Below are positions 1 through 9,824 of a stretch of DNA of 64,000 nt, in pieces. Source of the stretch: Poseidonia sp. (lineage in GTDB: Archaea; Thermoplasmatota; Poseidoniia; Poseidoniales; Poseidoniaceae); NCBI GenBank assembly GCA_965661285.1, contig CBFIDD010000003.1:269161-333160 (forward strand), in the 5' to 3' direction. Each line of letters begins with the position of its first letter. Position 1 is the stretch's first letter. The position numbers and the translations under genes are program-made. The notes beneath the pieces are model-generated. The model made no database searches. It worked only from the letters and a program-made list of their open reading frames with translations, and was not told the DNA's origin.

Positions 1-2857
1 AGAAACGATCAGCAAAGGCTTGGTGCGTGTTGACCTTGTCAATCATGCTCTCGGTCAGGCGTTCAGTAAAGACCGACTTCACGTTTTCGGGGGGATTGAC
101 CTTGAACACCGTCTCAAGATTTTCGTCAGCGTGGAGTGTGTCGATGAGAGCGCCCAAGAACAGCTTGTCTTCGTCCGTCAAGTCTGCCCCGTAGGTGTCG
201 TTCAGTGTCTCGATTATGGCGGAAAGCGAGTCCAAGTCTTCCTCACCTGCACCCGTGATGTCCTCGACCGCTCGAGACTTCAGTTCAGCTTCCTTTTTGA
301 TAAGCGAGATATCGCCTTCGGAGGTCTGGGTGATTCGTAGCGAGTCAATGTTCACCATATCCTGAATGAACGTGGGCAACTCTGTCCCTTGCACGGGAAG
401 CAAACGAGCGATATGGCGAGTGAAGTGGTAGAATTCCTCCAATTTTTGGTCTTTGAAGGTCATGACTCGAGCAAGGAAGCCGTACCCGCGGTAGAAAGAG
501 CGAAGCATCTTCCTGAACTCGGCCTTTTCTTCCTCGGTGTCGATGGTATCAACGAAGTGCTGGACCTTTTGAGAAAGAAAGGCCACCAGTTCGGGATGGC
601 CTTTGGTATCGTCAAAGAGAATTCGACAAAAGGCTTCAGCGTCCGTTTCGGTGTACACGTCCTCATCGAGGATATCTCGCTTGCGCTGGTAGATGGCAGC
701 GGGGTCTGATGGACTTTCGAGTAGGGTTCGCTCATAGTAATCTTGGAAGGCCGACTGAATGGTTTCGGCATCATTGGCAAAATCAAGAACGAAGGTTTCC
801 TCTTTCCCGGGCGCCACACGGTTGAGACGCGACAGAGTCTGGACGGCGTTCACGCCACCCAATTTCTTGTCAACGTACATGGTGTGGAGCAAGGGTTGGT
901 CGAAGCCGGTTTGATATTTGTTGGCGACGATCATAATACGGTATTCATCCTCGTCAAACTTGCTCGCTGTTTTCCCGTCTCCAAAGCCGTTCATGTTGGC
1001 TTCCGTGTAGTCCTTGCCGTCGATGGAAATGGTATCCGTAAAGGCAACAAGGGCCTTGAAGGGTTTCGGGTTTTCCTTTAACCATGCATCGACTGCGAGA
1101 CGGTACTTGACGGCGTTCTTTCGAGATGACGTCACGATCATGGCTTTGGCTTGGCCCTGGATACGTCCGACGGAGTTCTCACAAAAATGGCTCATGATGA
1201 CGTCCACTTTGTTGCGAACAGTCTCCGGGTGTTCAAGCACATAGCGTCGCAAAATCGCCTTGGCCTTTCTGGATTCGACCTCGGGGTCATCGTCCTCGTC
1301 TTTGTTCAGCTTCCAATAGGTGGCGTAGGTGGTGTAGTTCTGCAGCACGTCGAGAATGAAGCCTTCCTCAATGGCTTGCCGCATGGAGTACAGGCTGTGC
1401 GCTGAAAAGCGGTTATCGGGAAGTTTTCGTCCGAACAATTCGAGCGTCTTCGATTTCGGCGTGGCAGTGAAGGCAAAGACGCTGATGTTCTCTTGCTTGC
1501 CACGAGCAGCAATCTCGTCGTGAATGAGGTCTTCGTAATCCCGGTCCTCTTTTTCCTCGCCGTCTTGAGTCAATACCTTGACCGTGGACTGAGCCATGGA
1601 ACCACCTTGAGAGGAGTGAGCCTCATCGATGAGAAGGGCAAAACGCTTGCCTGGAAGTTTTCCGACAGAGTCAACGATGACCGGGAATTTCTGAAGGGTT
1701 GTGACAATGATTTGTTTTCCAGACTCGAGCGCTTCCTTCAATTGGGCTGAAGTACCTTCAATGCTGGCCACGAGGCCTCGTGTCTTTTCGTAAGCCCTGA
1801 CGGTGGCCTGGAGTTGTTTGTTGAGGATGCGACGATCTGAAATAACGATGATGGCGTTAAACACCCGCTCGTCCTTTTCGTCCATGAGTTGGCTCAGGCG
1901 ATGTGAGAGCCAGGCGATGGTGTTGGATTTTCCGGAACCTGCCGAATGTTGGATTAGGTAGTTTCCGCCCGCGCCGTCGTTGGATGCCTCATTGATGAGG
2001 GTGCGAACGGCGTCCAACTGGTGGAACCGGGGGAAGATGAGTTTGCCAAGTGCCTTCGTGCGTCGCTTGCCTGTTTTTTCATGGTGCAAGAAGTGCTGAA
2101 GAATATCGAGCAAGGATACCTTTGACCAAACCTTGAGCCACAGGTAATCGGTCGCATACCCACCGCCAAGAGCGGGGGGTGCGGGGTTTCCTGCTCCACC
2201 TCGGTTTCCACGGTTGAACGGAATGAAATAGGTCGATTTGCCGGAAAGTCGAGTCGTGACCTGAACCTGATGAGTGTCAACGGCAAAGTGGGCCAAGCAT
2301 CGTCCGAATTTGAGGAAGGGCTCGCCTTCTGGGCGACGGTCAAAACGATACTGACGAACGGCGTTGGTTACGTCCTGACCCGTGAGTTCATTCTTCAACT
2401 CCGACGTGAAGACGGGGAGACCGTTGAGAAAGAGCCCCAAATCGATGGAGTTCTGCGAGGTCGTGCTGTACTTGATTTGACGAACGACCGTCAAGATGTT
2501 CTGCTTGAACTTCTCCTCCAATTCCGGGTTTCGGCTCGAAGAGGGCTGGAAATACACCAGCCGGAACCGACATCCGTAGAGGTCCACGTCGTTGCGAAGC
2601 ACCGCCAGCGTGCCGCGAAGCGTGATTTCCTTGGCGACATGGGTCAAGAACGTGGAACGTGCATCGCCGCCTACCGCTTTCTTCAATTCATCCCACATGT
2701 CGAGTTGGGTGGTTTGAATGAATTGAATGAGCGCCTCTGGATAGAGACAGAGCGTTGAATCGTACTTGGTGTTACTGCCTTCAAACCAATCCCCGGACGC
2801 CGTCATCTGGGCAACGATTTCTTTTTCGAAGGCTTCTTCGTTGTGTTTTGCGGGCAT
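1..2857 (-). CDS. hsdR: Type I restriction enzyme R subunit (partial, 3' end beyond window)
   Basis: Not in the ORF track, presumably because no stop lies in the window. Manual minus-strand translation from ATG 2857 gives MPAKHNEEAFEKEI..., with nuclease motif ELKN, Walker A QHSAGSGKSNTI, DEAH box (IDEAHSSQ) and FTATPK. The same frame reads ...SMIDKVNTHQAFADRF at the window edge. GGTGA lies upstream. Confidence 0.95.
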   Translation of the reverse strand, partial: MPAKHNEEAFEKEIVAQMTASGDWFEGSNTKYDSTLCLYPEALIQFIQTTQLDMWDELKKAVGGDARSTFLTHVAKEITLRGTLAVLRNDVDLYGCRFRLVYFQPSSSRNPELEEKFKQNILTVVRQIKYSTTSQNSIDLGLFLNGLPVFTSELKNELTGQDVTNAVRQYRFDRRPEGEPFLKFGRCLAHFAVDTHQVQVTTRLSGKSTYFIPFNRGNRGGAGNPAPPALGGGYATDYLWLKVWSKVSLLDILQHFLHHEKTGKRRTKALGKLIFPRFHQLDAVRTLINEASNDGAGGNYLIQHSAGSGKSNTIAWLSHRLSQLMDEKDERVFNAIIVISDRRILNKQLQATVRAYEKTRGLVASIEGTSAQLKEALESGKQIIVTTLQKFPVIVDSVGKLPGKRFALLIDEAHSSQGGSMAQSTVKVLTQDGEEKEDRDYEDLIHDEIAARGKQENISVFAFTATPKSKTLELFGRKLPDNRFSAHSLYSMRQAIEEGFILDVLQNYTTYATYWKLNKDEDDDPEVESRKAKAILRRYVLEHPETVRNKVDVIMSHFCENSVGRIQGQAKAMIVTSSRKNAVKYRLAVDAWLKENPKPFKALVAFTDTISIDGKDYTEANMNGFGDGKTASKFDEDEYRIMIVANKYQTGFDQPLLHTMYVDKKLGGVNAVQTLSRLNRVAPGKEETFVLDFANDAETIQSAFQDYYERTLLESPSDPAAIYQRKRDILDEDVYTETDAEAFCRILFDDTKGHPELVAFLSQKVQHFVDTIDTEEEKAEFRKMLRSFYRGYGFLARVMTFKDQKLEEFYHFTRHIARLLPVQGTELPTFIQDMVNIDSLRITQTSEGDISLIKKEAELKSRAVEDITGAGEEDLDSLSAIIETLNDTYGADLTDEDKLFLGALIDTLHADENLETVFKVNPPENVKSVFTERLTESMIDKVNTHQAFADRF

Positions 2858-2871
2858 ATTCATCACCAAAT

Positions 2872-3981
2872 TTACCAAACGGAGCCGGAGAGGCTTTCAC
2901 CAAACTCTGGAATCATCGACACCAACAAACCTGACCGACCCGATATAAAGACATCCAATCGGCTGGCTACCTTTTCGATGTCCTTCTCGAGAACAGGTCC
3001 TGTCATGTTGCGATTAAATCGCTGGTTTCGGTGATGATGATTTTTTGACCACGTGTTCATGGGGTATTCCTTGCCCGTGCGCAAAGATGACGATTTTCTC
3101 ACCCCTTTGATGGCATCGGCGTGCTCTTTGACATGCTCAACGAGAACGGTCTCGGCCCGATCCAAGAACAACGGCATGGCCAAGGGGTTGATCACCTGGT
3201 CCGTATCTTGTGGCACGGAAACCCATTGATCATGCTCAAGCCGTTGAAGTTCGAAAAGAAGGAAACCCGCTCTTCGAAGTCGTAAATCGGTGATTGAAGG
3301 TGGAGAGGTGGTTGAGGCACTTGGTAAGGCAGAGCCGCTTGACATCCACAAGCTGTTGTTACCCTTGACCTCAATGCTGCGCCCTCCCCTTGCCAACCAA
3401 CCGTAGGTGTGGGCGCCGCTGGCTTGACCTGCATCAACGTCCAAGCAATATTTGATTGAAGCATGCCCAGAGGATACAGAGGTCGGGAGCGGCATCCACC
3501 ATGCAGAAAATCCACCGACGGGTTTCATCAAGGTCGCGAAATCAGGCGACGGCCTGGCCGCTTGGAGCAGGCCACGCTGCACGGTGGTGTGTGGAGCGAA
3601 ACGGCGAGTGCGGTTCACGACACGGCTGATGTTGAGGTAGTCCTCACCGGTGGGCTTGAGCGTACCGTCATCAACAATGTCGTACACCTCGAGGTACAAG
3701 ACGGGCGTGCACGAGTCGGGCAAACCAAGCTTGTCAATGAGTTCGTAGACCCGATCACCGTAGGACCGTGCGGTGAACAAACCGCAGGGATCGTGGGTGA
3801 AATGTTCGATCAGTTCCTCATGAAGACCGAAGCCAGGAAGATGGGCCAAACGATGTCGAAAGCCGTGAACCATCCATCGATAGGTTCCTTTGATAGAAGG
3901 GTGATGGAGCTCAAACCCGTGCCCTGTTTGCGTGAAGACCCGGGCCTTTTTCAGGTCGGCCATGGTCTTCGAGGAGGTCAT
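2872..3981 (-). CDS. Hypothetical protein (369 aa) inside the hsd operon
   Basis: Long ORF whose ATG overlaps the hsdS stop (ATGA) and which ends 14 nt before hsdR. No motif recognised. Confidence 0.7.
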   Translation of the reverse strand: MTSSKTMADLKKARVFTQTGHGFELHHPSIKGTYRWMVHGFRHRLAHLPGFGLHEELIEHFTHDPCGLFTARSYGDRVYELIDKLGLPDSCTPVLYLEVYDIVDDGTLKPTGEDYLNISRVVNRTRRFAPHTTVQRGLLQAARPSPDFATLMKPVGGFSAWWMPLPTSVSSGHASIKYCLDVDAGQASGAHTYGWLARGGRSIEVKGNNSLWMSSGSALPSASTTSPPSITDLRLRRAGFLLFELQRLEHDQWVSVPQDTDQVINPLAMPLFLDRAETVLVEHVKEHADAIKGVRKSSSLRTGKEYPMNTWSKNHHHRNQRFNRNMTGPVLEKDIEKVASRLDVFISGRSGLLVSMIPEFGESLSGSVW

Positions 3982-5309
3982 GCAGTGTCCTCCGGGAGTG
4001 GATAATCTCGGACGTCGATTTGCCCGGTGACGGCTGCCGAAATCAATGCTGTTTTGTATTCCTTCAACCTCTCAATTCTGAGATTTAAGGCGCTACGAAC
4101 ATCATCGAATTGTCCTAATCTTTGGTGTAGATAACGAGCGATTGACCGTTGTTCCTCAAGAGGAGGTACAGCATGCCACATCGAAGTGATATTTTCTGGC
4201 CTTGCTCTTTGATGGCTAGGAGTCACCGATTGCACAACGGAAGCAAGACGCTGTCTAGTCATTTCACTGCGGAAGAGGTAGAATGCCCACTCAAGGAAAC
4301 ACCCATCTACATTCAGCGGTACAAACTCTGATGAACAAACAGTTGGAATACCTCTATTTTTGGCGAGAAGGACCATCCCTTTTATCGGGTTTAATTTTGA
4401 TACTAACAGGGTTGGCCTTTCAATTAAAAATTTGGAACTCTCAACCTCCTCAGAGGGTTCAGTCTGTCCATCTCCAGTATCTCGGATGGAGGGGATAGAA
4501 TAATGAAATACATTCGCTCCAAGGTCTGATGCCATTACCTGTTTTTTCTTCATTTCTAAAAACCAATCAGTTCGTTGGATTTTCCAGTGACTGGGAACCA
4601 TACCCACCCATTCAATTCCTGAATCTTTCATCTCTACGTGTGGATTCAGGCCCTCAGTGACAACTTGTGTGATGATAGCAGATTGCTTTTCGTTAAGTCG
4701 CTCGATTTGCTCAATTAGTGGTGATATTGAGGAATTCAATTTAGGAATTTTCGTTTTTAGGAATCTTTTTATTCGTTCCTGCTCATTTAGTGGAGGTTGA
4801 ATTATTTTCAAACAACCCAAATCCGAGGCATTGATTGCAGGATAACTGACTCCATCAGAGTTTGCGACGACATTTTCAACAAAATAATCTGCAACAATGA
4901 AATCTCCAATAGAGTCCTTGCTCCATGAATTATCTGGGCGAACAACTGCAAAACCGGTTAAAAAAACCATTTCGTGCTTAGGATTGTGAATTTTGCATAT
5001 GGCCTTCAGGTAGGTTCTGACCGTCGAGACGATGACATCACCATCATTCGCCAATCTCCTTGCTCTGGAGGGAGATTTTTCAAAAACCATCTCCTTAGAC
5101 TCTGTGATTCCATCCTCATACGACACAGATCCAATATCGACATAACACATTTCTCGCATAGGATTCGTGTCTTCCGGCAACGTATCGTCGTTAATTGATG
5201 AAACGTGTTTCAACGCTAACTCGTTCCAGTGTACTGGTATCCTCTTGGCGAAAGTTTTGGAGGGCTTGTAAGTCAAATAGGGTTTTAACTTCGAAATCAC
5301 CAAATTCAT
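3978..5309 (-). CDS. hsdS: Type I restriction enzyme specificity subunit S
   Basis: Two TRDs with conserved repeats PPLNEQERI / PPLEEQRSI, MKDSGIEWVG..PSHW, and C-terminal LKEYKTALISAAVTGQIDVR. Confidence 0.95.
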   Translation of the reverse strand: MNLVISKLKPYLTYKPSKTFAKRIPVHWNELALKHVSSINDDTLPEDTNPMREMCYVDIGSVSYEDGITESKEMVFEKSPSRARRLANDGDVIVSTVRTYLKAICKIHNPKHEMVFLTGFAVVRPDNSWSKDSIGDFIVADYFVENVVANSDGVSYPAINASDLGCLKIIQPPLNEQERIKRFLKTKIPKLNSSISPLIEQIERLNEKQSAIITQVVTEGLNPHVEMKDSGIEWVGMVPSHWKIQRTDWFLEMKKKQVMASDLGANVFHYSIPSIRDTGDGQTEPSEEVESSKFLIERPTLLVSKLNPIKGMVLLAKNRGIPTVCSSEFVPLNVDGCFLEWAFYLFRSEMTRQRLASVVQSVTPSHQRARPENITSMWHAVPPLEEQRSIARYLHQRLGQFDDVRSALNLRIERLKEYKTALISAAVTGQIDVRDYPLPEDTA

Positions 5310-5324
5310 CCCTCCGTGGTAGAA

Positions 5325-7364
5325 TCAGTTATCGGAATCGCCTTCTTCGTCGTCTTCGTCGTCTTCCTCATCACCAAAGAGCTCGTCCATCAAGCGATTG
5401 ATGTCGTCTTGGAGGTCGAGAATTTCTCCCTCTATTTCCTCCAATGGACGGGGCGGCGTGTAGACGTAGAAATAGCGGTTGAAGTTGATCTCATAGCCAA
5501 CCTTGCCCGTCTCACCGTCGGTCATGTCGGTGACGCTCTCGTTGACCCAAGCATCGGGGACGTGCGGCCAAACTTCCTTCTCCATGTAGGCCTCGATGGG
5601 GACATCTTGCGGGATACGTTCGGTATCGCGCGAGTCGGTATCGTGTTCGGGCTCGCCCTTCTTGTTGGTGCAAACCGCAGCGTTGGCGTCGCGTTCACCG
5701 AGTGCTTTGAGGATGGATTTCTTCAGGGCTGCTTTGGGTTTCAACCCTGCTTGCTTGAGCGCTGCTTCGAGGACGGGCAAGAACGCCGCCCGGTCCGTGT
5801 AGAGCTCGTCGTTCATGCCGTTGAGAACATGAACAATGCTCTGTTGCTCGTCTTCATCGAGTTTCGTGAAGTTCTTCTCTTGGTCAAGTCGCTCGATGCG
5901 GTCGGATGAAGCTTGAAAGTTCATTTTTAGCGGTCGGTCGACAGTGACCTTTCGATAGCCAAAGAATTCGTTAGGGTAAATTTTAGACACATCAGTGTCG
6001 TCTTCAAACGCTCTATAGATTTCCATCACGTTGCCAATGTGTTCTTCACTCATCTCTCGACGCTTGTTTCCAAGGCTCTTTCGCATGGGTTTCCAAAACG
6101 CTTCACCTGAGGCATTGATGAGTTGGACGTGGCCCTTTCGACGCTCTTCTTTTCTGTTCGTGAGAATCCAAGCATAGGTGGCAATGCCGGTGTTGTAAAA
6201 GATCTGTTCGGGCAAAGCCACGATGGTTTCAAGCAGGTCGTTTTCGAGCACATAGCGTCGAATTTCAGACTCGCCGGAGTTGGCGTCCCCAGTAAACAAA
6301 GGAGAGCCGTTCATGATAACGGCCACTCGGCTACCCCCGTTCTTGACGCTCTTCATTTTGGCCAGCATGTGGAGCATGAACAGAGTTTGACCGTCGGATT
6401 TACGAGGTAGACCGGGCGCAAAACGTCCTTGTTCACCGAGTTCGTGTTCAGCCTTTACCTCTGCCTGGGCCGCTGACCAGTCAACACCGTAGGGTGGATT
6501 AGCGATCATGTAGTGATAGGTTTCGCCGGGAAACAAATCGTCTTTGAGCGTGTTTCCGAGACGAATGCGTTCAGCGTCTTTTCCACTTTCGCCGGAAATC
6601 ATCATATCGGATTTTGAGATAGCGAACGTCTTGGGGTTTAGTTCTTGACCTGAAACCTCAACGATGGCTTTTGGATTGAGGTCTTGGATGCTCTTCTTGG
6701 CGATGCTCAACATACCGCCAGTGCCACAGCATGGGTCGTGAACTTGAAGAATCAAACCAGGCTTGCCAAGACGTTCGGCGTCGGGTTCAACCATGAGCCG
6801 TGTCATCAAGGTGACAATCTCTCGCGGGGTGTAGTGTTCACCGGGGCTTTCGTTGGTTTCTTCGTTGAATTTTCGAATCAGCTCTTCGAACACATAACCC
6901 ATGTTGTGGTTGCTGATTTTTTCATAATGAAGATCGAGCTCGGAGAATTGCTGGAACACAAGAAAGGTCAAGTCGTTTTTGGCGAGCCTGCGAAGTGTGT
7001 CCCGGAAATTGAAGTTCTCCAAAATCTCAATCATGTTCGATGAAAAGCCGTTGATGTATGTGTTAACGTTGTCCACGATGTTGGCCGGGTCCTCAAGCAG
7101 GCGGGTAAAATCAAATTGGGAGACGTTGTAAAAGGGATAGCCAGATTCCCGCTTCAGAATATCATCAAGGTTTTGGATGCGGTCTTTGAGTTCGGCGTGC
7201 CTGGCACGAACGGCGTCCTGAGTATCTCGGATGACACAATCAATGCGGCGGAGAACGGTCATTGGGAGAATCACGTCTTCGTACTCTCGAGCGCTAAACG
7301 GACCACGCAGGGACTTGTCAGCCACGTTAAAGATAAAACTCACAAAGTCATTCGGTTCTTTCAT
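5325..7364 (-). CDS. hsdM: Type I restriction-modification N6-adenine methyltransferase M subunit
   Basis: GEHYTPRE, DPCCGTGGML (SAM binding), catalytic NPPY, ILPMTVLRR, and C-terminal GYEINFNRYFY. Confidence 0.97.
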   Translation of the reverse strand: MKEPNDFVSFIFNVADKSLRGPFSAREYEDVILPMTVLRRIDCVIRDTQDAVRARHAELKDRIQNLDDILKRESGYPFYNVSQFDFTRLLEDPANIVDNVNTYINGFSSNMIEILENFNFRDTLRRLAKNDLTFLVFQQFSELDLHYEKISNHNMGYVFEELIRKFNEETNESPGEHYTPREIVTLMTRLMVEPDAERLGKPGLILQVHDPCCGTGGMLSIAKKSIQDLNPKAIVEVSGQELNPKTFAISKSDMMISGESGKDAERIRLGNTLKDDLFPGETYHYMIANPPYGVDWSAAQAEVKAEHELGEQGRFAPGLPRKSDGQTLFMLHMLAKMKSVKNGGSRVAVIMNGSPLFTGDANSGESEIRRYVLENDLLETIVALPEQIFYNTGIATYAWILTNRKEERRKGHVQLINASGEAFWKPMRKSLGNKRREMSEEHIGNVMEIYRAFEDDTDVSKIYPNEFFGYRKVTVDRPLKMNFQASSDRIERLDQEKNFTKLDEDEQQSIVHVLNGMNDELYTDRAAFLPVLEAALKQAGLKPKAALKKSILKALGERDANAAVCTNKKGEPEHDTDSRDTERIPQDVPIEAYMEKEVWPHVPDAWVNESVTDMTDGETGKVGYEINFNRYFYVYTPPRPLEEIEGEILDLQDDINRLMDELFGDEEDDEDDEEGDSDN

Positions 7365-7388
7365 GACGATTTGTGACAGGCTACAGTA

Positions 7389-7395
7389 CTTGAAG
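7389..7395 (-). promoter_or_regulatory. Putative TATA-like box CTTCAAG of the hsdM operon
   Basis: Lies 25-31 nt upstream of the ATG. The same motif and spacing recur at several other genes in this window. Confidence 0.5.
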
Positions 7396-7429
7396 AAACT
7401 GTAATGTTGAATTTGTGCTAGGAATCACC

Positions 7430-7984
7430 ATGGACGTCTTCTCCCACTGGCTCTGGGGCGTGCTCATCACCCGCAAGCACGTCAATTGGAAGGTCGCCGG
7501 ACCGATGAGCGTCCTGCCCGATCTCCTCGCCTTTGTCCCGTCCTTCGTCTACTCCACGATGCACGGCCTCGAGCGCCCCACCGTGGACGACACCACCGTG
7601 ACCTCGGACTTCCCCGCCATCGCCTGGGACATGTACCGGTACACCCACAGTGCGGTGGTCGTGACCGTCGCCGTGCTCCTGACCTGGTGGATGTTCACCC
7701 GATTCTCAGGCTCTCGCTTTGAGTCGCAATTTGCACAGCAACACCGCTCCAAACCCCTGATGATGGCCTTCCTGCTCTGGCTGCCGTGGTACTCCAACAT
7801 CCTGCTGGATATTCCCACCCACACGCTGCAGTTCTTCCCCACCCCGGTGCTCTACCCCCTCTCCGATTTCGGCGTTGACGGCACCCGGTGGTCCGACCCC
7901 GTCATCCTCGTGCCCAACGTCGTCTTGCTTGCAGGGCTGTGGTTTTACGTGAAGCGGAAAGACCGGCTGACACCCACGGTTTGA
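7430..7984 (+). CDS. Membrane-bound metal-dependent hydrolase (YdjM/DUF457-like)
   Basis: MDVFSH...LPD...YTHS...LLDIPTH pattern with TM segments. ATG 7430 preferred as start. Confidence 0.7.
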   Translation: MDVFSHWLWGVLITRKHVNWKVAGPMSVLPDLLAFVPSFVYSTMHGLERPTVDDTTVTSDFPAIAWDMYRYTHSAVVVTVAVLLTWWMFTRFSGSRFESQFAQQHRSKPLMMAFLLWLPWYSNILLDIPTHTLQFFPTPVLYPLSDFGVDGTRWSDPVILVPNVVLLAGLWFYVKRKDRLTPTV

Positions 7985-7995
7985 GGACGGGTTTC

Positions 7996-9261
7996 ATGAA
8001 GGAGCAGCGACGAGTGGTGAATGTGCACCAACATCGTTTCGCCCTTCTGTGCGTCGTGTTGATGGTCGCTTCGCTCGCCGGATGCTTCGGCGAAGACGAG
8101 GGCGAGGGCGAAATTCTCGTCGCCTCAAACGAACACGGTGGCGCTGTACCGGACGTCGGCTGGATGACCTCGTACGGCGGGTCGCAAGAGGAATCGCACG
8201 GCCACTTCATCCTCGCCTGTGAAGACGGCGGCTACCTGCAAATCGGTGAAACCGGCTTCATTCCCAACGGCGCTAAACTTCTCGTCGTCAAGGTGAACGC
8301 CACGGGTGCGCTCGAATGGAAAAAAGAACTGGGCACCAAAGGCCACAACTTGGGCAACAGCGCCATCGAAGTGGCGGACGCCTACGTGGTCGTCGGGGCG
8401 CTGGACGAGGACAGCACACTCATCAAACTGAACAAAACCACCGGAGCCACGATGTGGTCGCAAAGCCACAACTACGGCGGCAGCGACGCCATTGAGCACC
8501 TCGTGGCCACGCCCAACGGCTTTGTGGCGGTGGGCTACACGAACGCCGAAGACGATGAGAACACCTTCTTCACCGAAGGTCGAGGCCACATGATGTTCCT
8601 TGGGCCGTCGGGCGAACAGATCGCAGACCGTTCACTCCAGGCCCACATGGCGCACGCCTACCGCATCGCCACCTACGAAGGGGACCTGTTCGTGTCCGGG
8701 CTGACCGAAGGCGCTGAGGATTATGCGTTACTGCGGGCCGACGTCACGGGTGAGGTGAAGTGGACCAAAACCTACGGCGGCAGCGAGCCTGACCACAACT
8801 TTGCGTTCGGTATGACCTCGGACGGCTTGATGTACCTCTCCGGACACACCCTCTCGGGTACCGAAAACTGGGACACCTACACCGTGAAGGTGGGCACCGA
8901 AGGTGACGTGCTGTGGGAAGCGAAGAACGGCAATCCCCGAGGCTTTGATGCACGCTATATTCACGACGAAGTCTGGGGTCTGCAAGCCCTTGAGGACGGG
9001 GGCGTGGCCGTGGTGGCGGGTACGGGTGACGAATACTGGCGCTACTCAACATGCGACGGCGAAGAATGCTCGGATGCATGGCGTGTCTACGTGCTGAAGT
9101 ACGATGCTGCGGGCGTCTTGGAATGGGAAGCCACCTACGGGCCCGAAGGAGGAGATTGGGCCGGTGAAGACCTTTGCGTCAACCAAAACGGCGATCTTGT
9201 GGTGGCGGTGGACAACGGCGAATTTGGCTTCCTCGAACTCAAGCAACCGACCACGGAGTGA
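7996..9261 (+). CDS. Lipoprotein with beta-propeller-like repeats
   Basis: Hydrophobic signal with lipobox SLAGC, and repeated K.D..G...W.KTYGG blades. Start could be ATG 7996 or GTG 8023. Confidence 0.75.
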   Translation: MKEQRRVVNVHQHRFALLCVVLMVASLAGCFGEDEGEGEILVASNEHGGAVPDVGWMTSYGGSQEESHGHFILACEDGGYLQIGETGFIPNGAKLLVVKVNATGALEWKKELGTKGHNLGNSAIEVADAYVVVGALDEDSTLIKLNKTTGATMWSQSHNYGGSDAIEHLVATPNGFVAVGYTNAEDDENTFFTEGRGHMMFLGPSGEQIADRSLQAHMAHAYRIATYEGDLFVSGLTEGAEDYALLRADVTGEVKWTKTYGGSEPDHNFAFGMTSDGLMYLSGHTLSGTENWDTYTVKVGTEGDVLWEAKNGNPRGFDARYIHDEVWGLQALEDGGVAVVAGTGDEYWRYSTCDGEECSDAWRVYVLKYDAAGVLEWEATYGPEGGDWAGEDLCVNQNGDLVVAVDNGEFGFLELKQPTTE

Positions 9262-9266
9262 TCGAC

Positions 9267-9773
9267 ATGGGGCCGAATGCAACCTCACCGCCCATCAGCG
9301 CCACGCAGGCGTTTGATTGCTCGACCGACGAGCTGTGGGCGCTCGTCAGCGCGCCGGGCAATCTCAACGATGCGCATCCGTTTTGCGACCAGAACGACGC
9401 CTTGGTGTGGGACGGCACAACGCACCGGGACCGTTTGGTCTACCTCAACGGCCGCACGTACGTTCGGGAATTCCAAACCTGGAACCCCGGAGAAGGCTAC
9501 ACCCTGCTCATCGGTGAGGAGGGCGGGCCGCAATCCTACGTCGTGTGGACCATCGAAGCGACCTCGGAGGGTGGTTCTCGACTGACCATCACCGTTCATC
9601 CCTACTTGCTGGCCAACCTGCCGGGCGTGGTGGCCTTCCTGCCTTACCGCTTGTGGATTCGGCCCAAAATGCAGCGCTATTTGCGCAGCGTGGTGGGCGG
9701 ATTTGCGTACGTGGCCTCCACCGGAAAAGCCGTGCCTCGCAACCACTTCGGGCGCCATTCGTGGTTTTCTTGA
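9267..9773 (+). CDS. SRPBCC (polyketide cyclase/dehydrase-like) family protein
   Basis: DELWALVSAPGNLNDAHPFC N-terminus, WTIE...SRLTITV strands and a C-terminal helix. GGAGTGA RBS precedes ATG 9267. Confidence 0.7.
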   Translation: MGPNATSPPISATQAFDCSTDELWALVSAPGNLNDAHPFCDQNDALVWDGTTHRDRLVYLNGRTYVREFQTWNPGEGYTLLIGEEGGPQSYVVWTIEATSEGGSRLTITVHPYLLANLPGVVAFLPYRLWIRPKMQRYLRSVVGGFAYVASTGKAVPRNHFGRHSWFS

Positions 9774-9824
9774 GCCCTGTGACTTCACCGAAGGTATGAT
9801 GTCCGTCCTACGCTTCGCCGTAGC

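Noticed and set aside
20-2758. Many short plus-strand ORFs over the first 2.8 kb
   Set aside because: They are antisense shadows of hsdR, which occupies the minus strand.
4959-4966. Short poly-A run in hsdS as a phase-variation tract
   Set aside because: Too short, the gene is in frame, and the context is AT-rich. No invertase or second hsdS was seen.
7365-7429. Possible mobile-element boundary beside the R-M locus
   Set aside because: No integrase, tRNA, att repeat or terminal inverted repeat is visible. The other end would lie outside the window.
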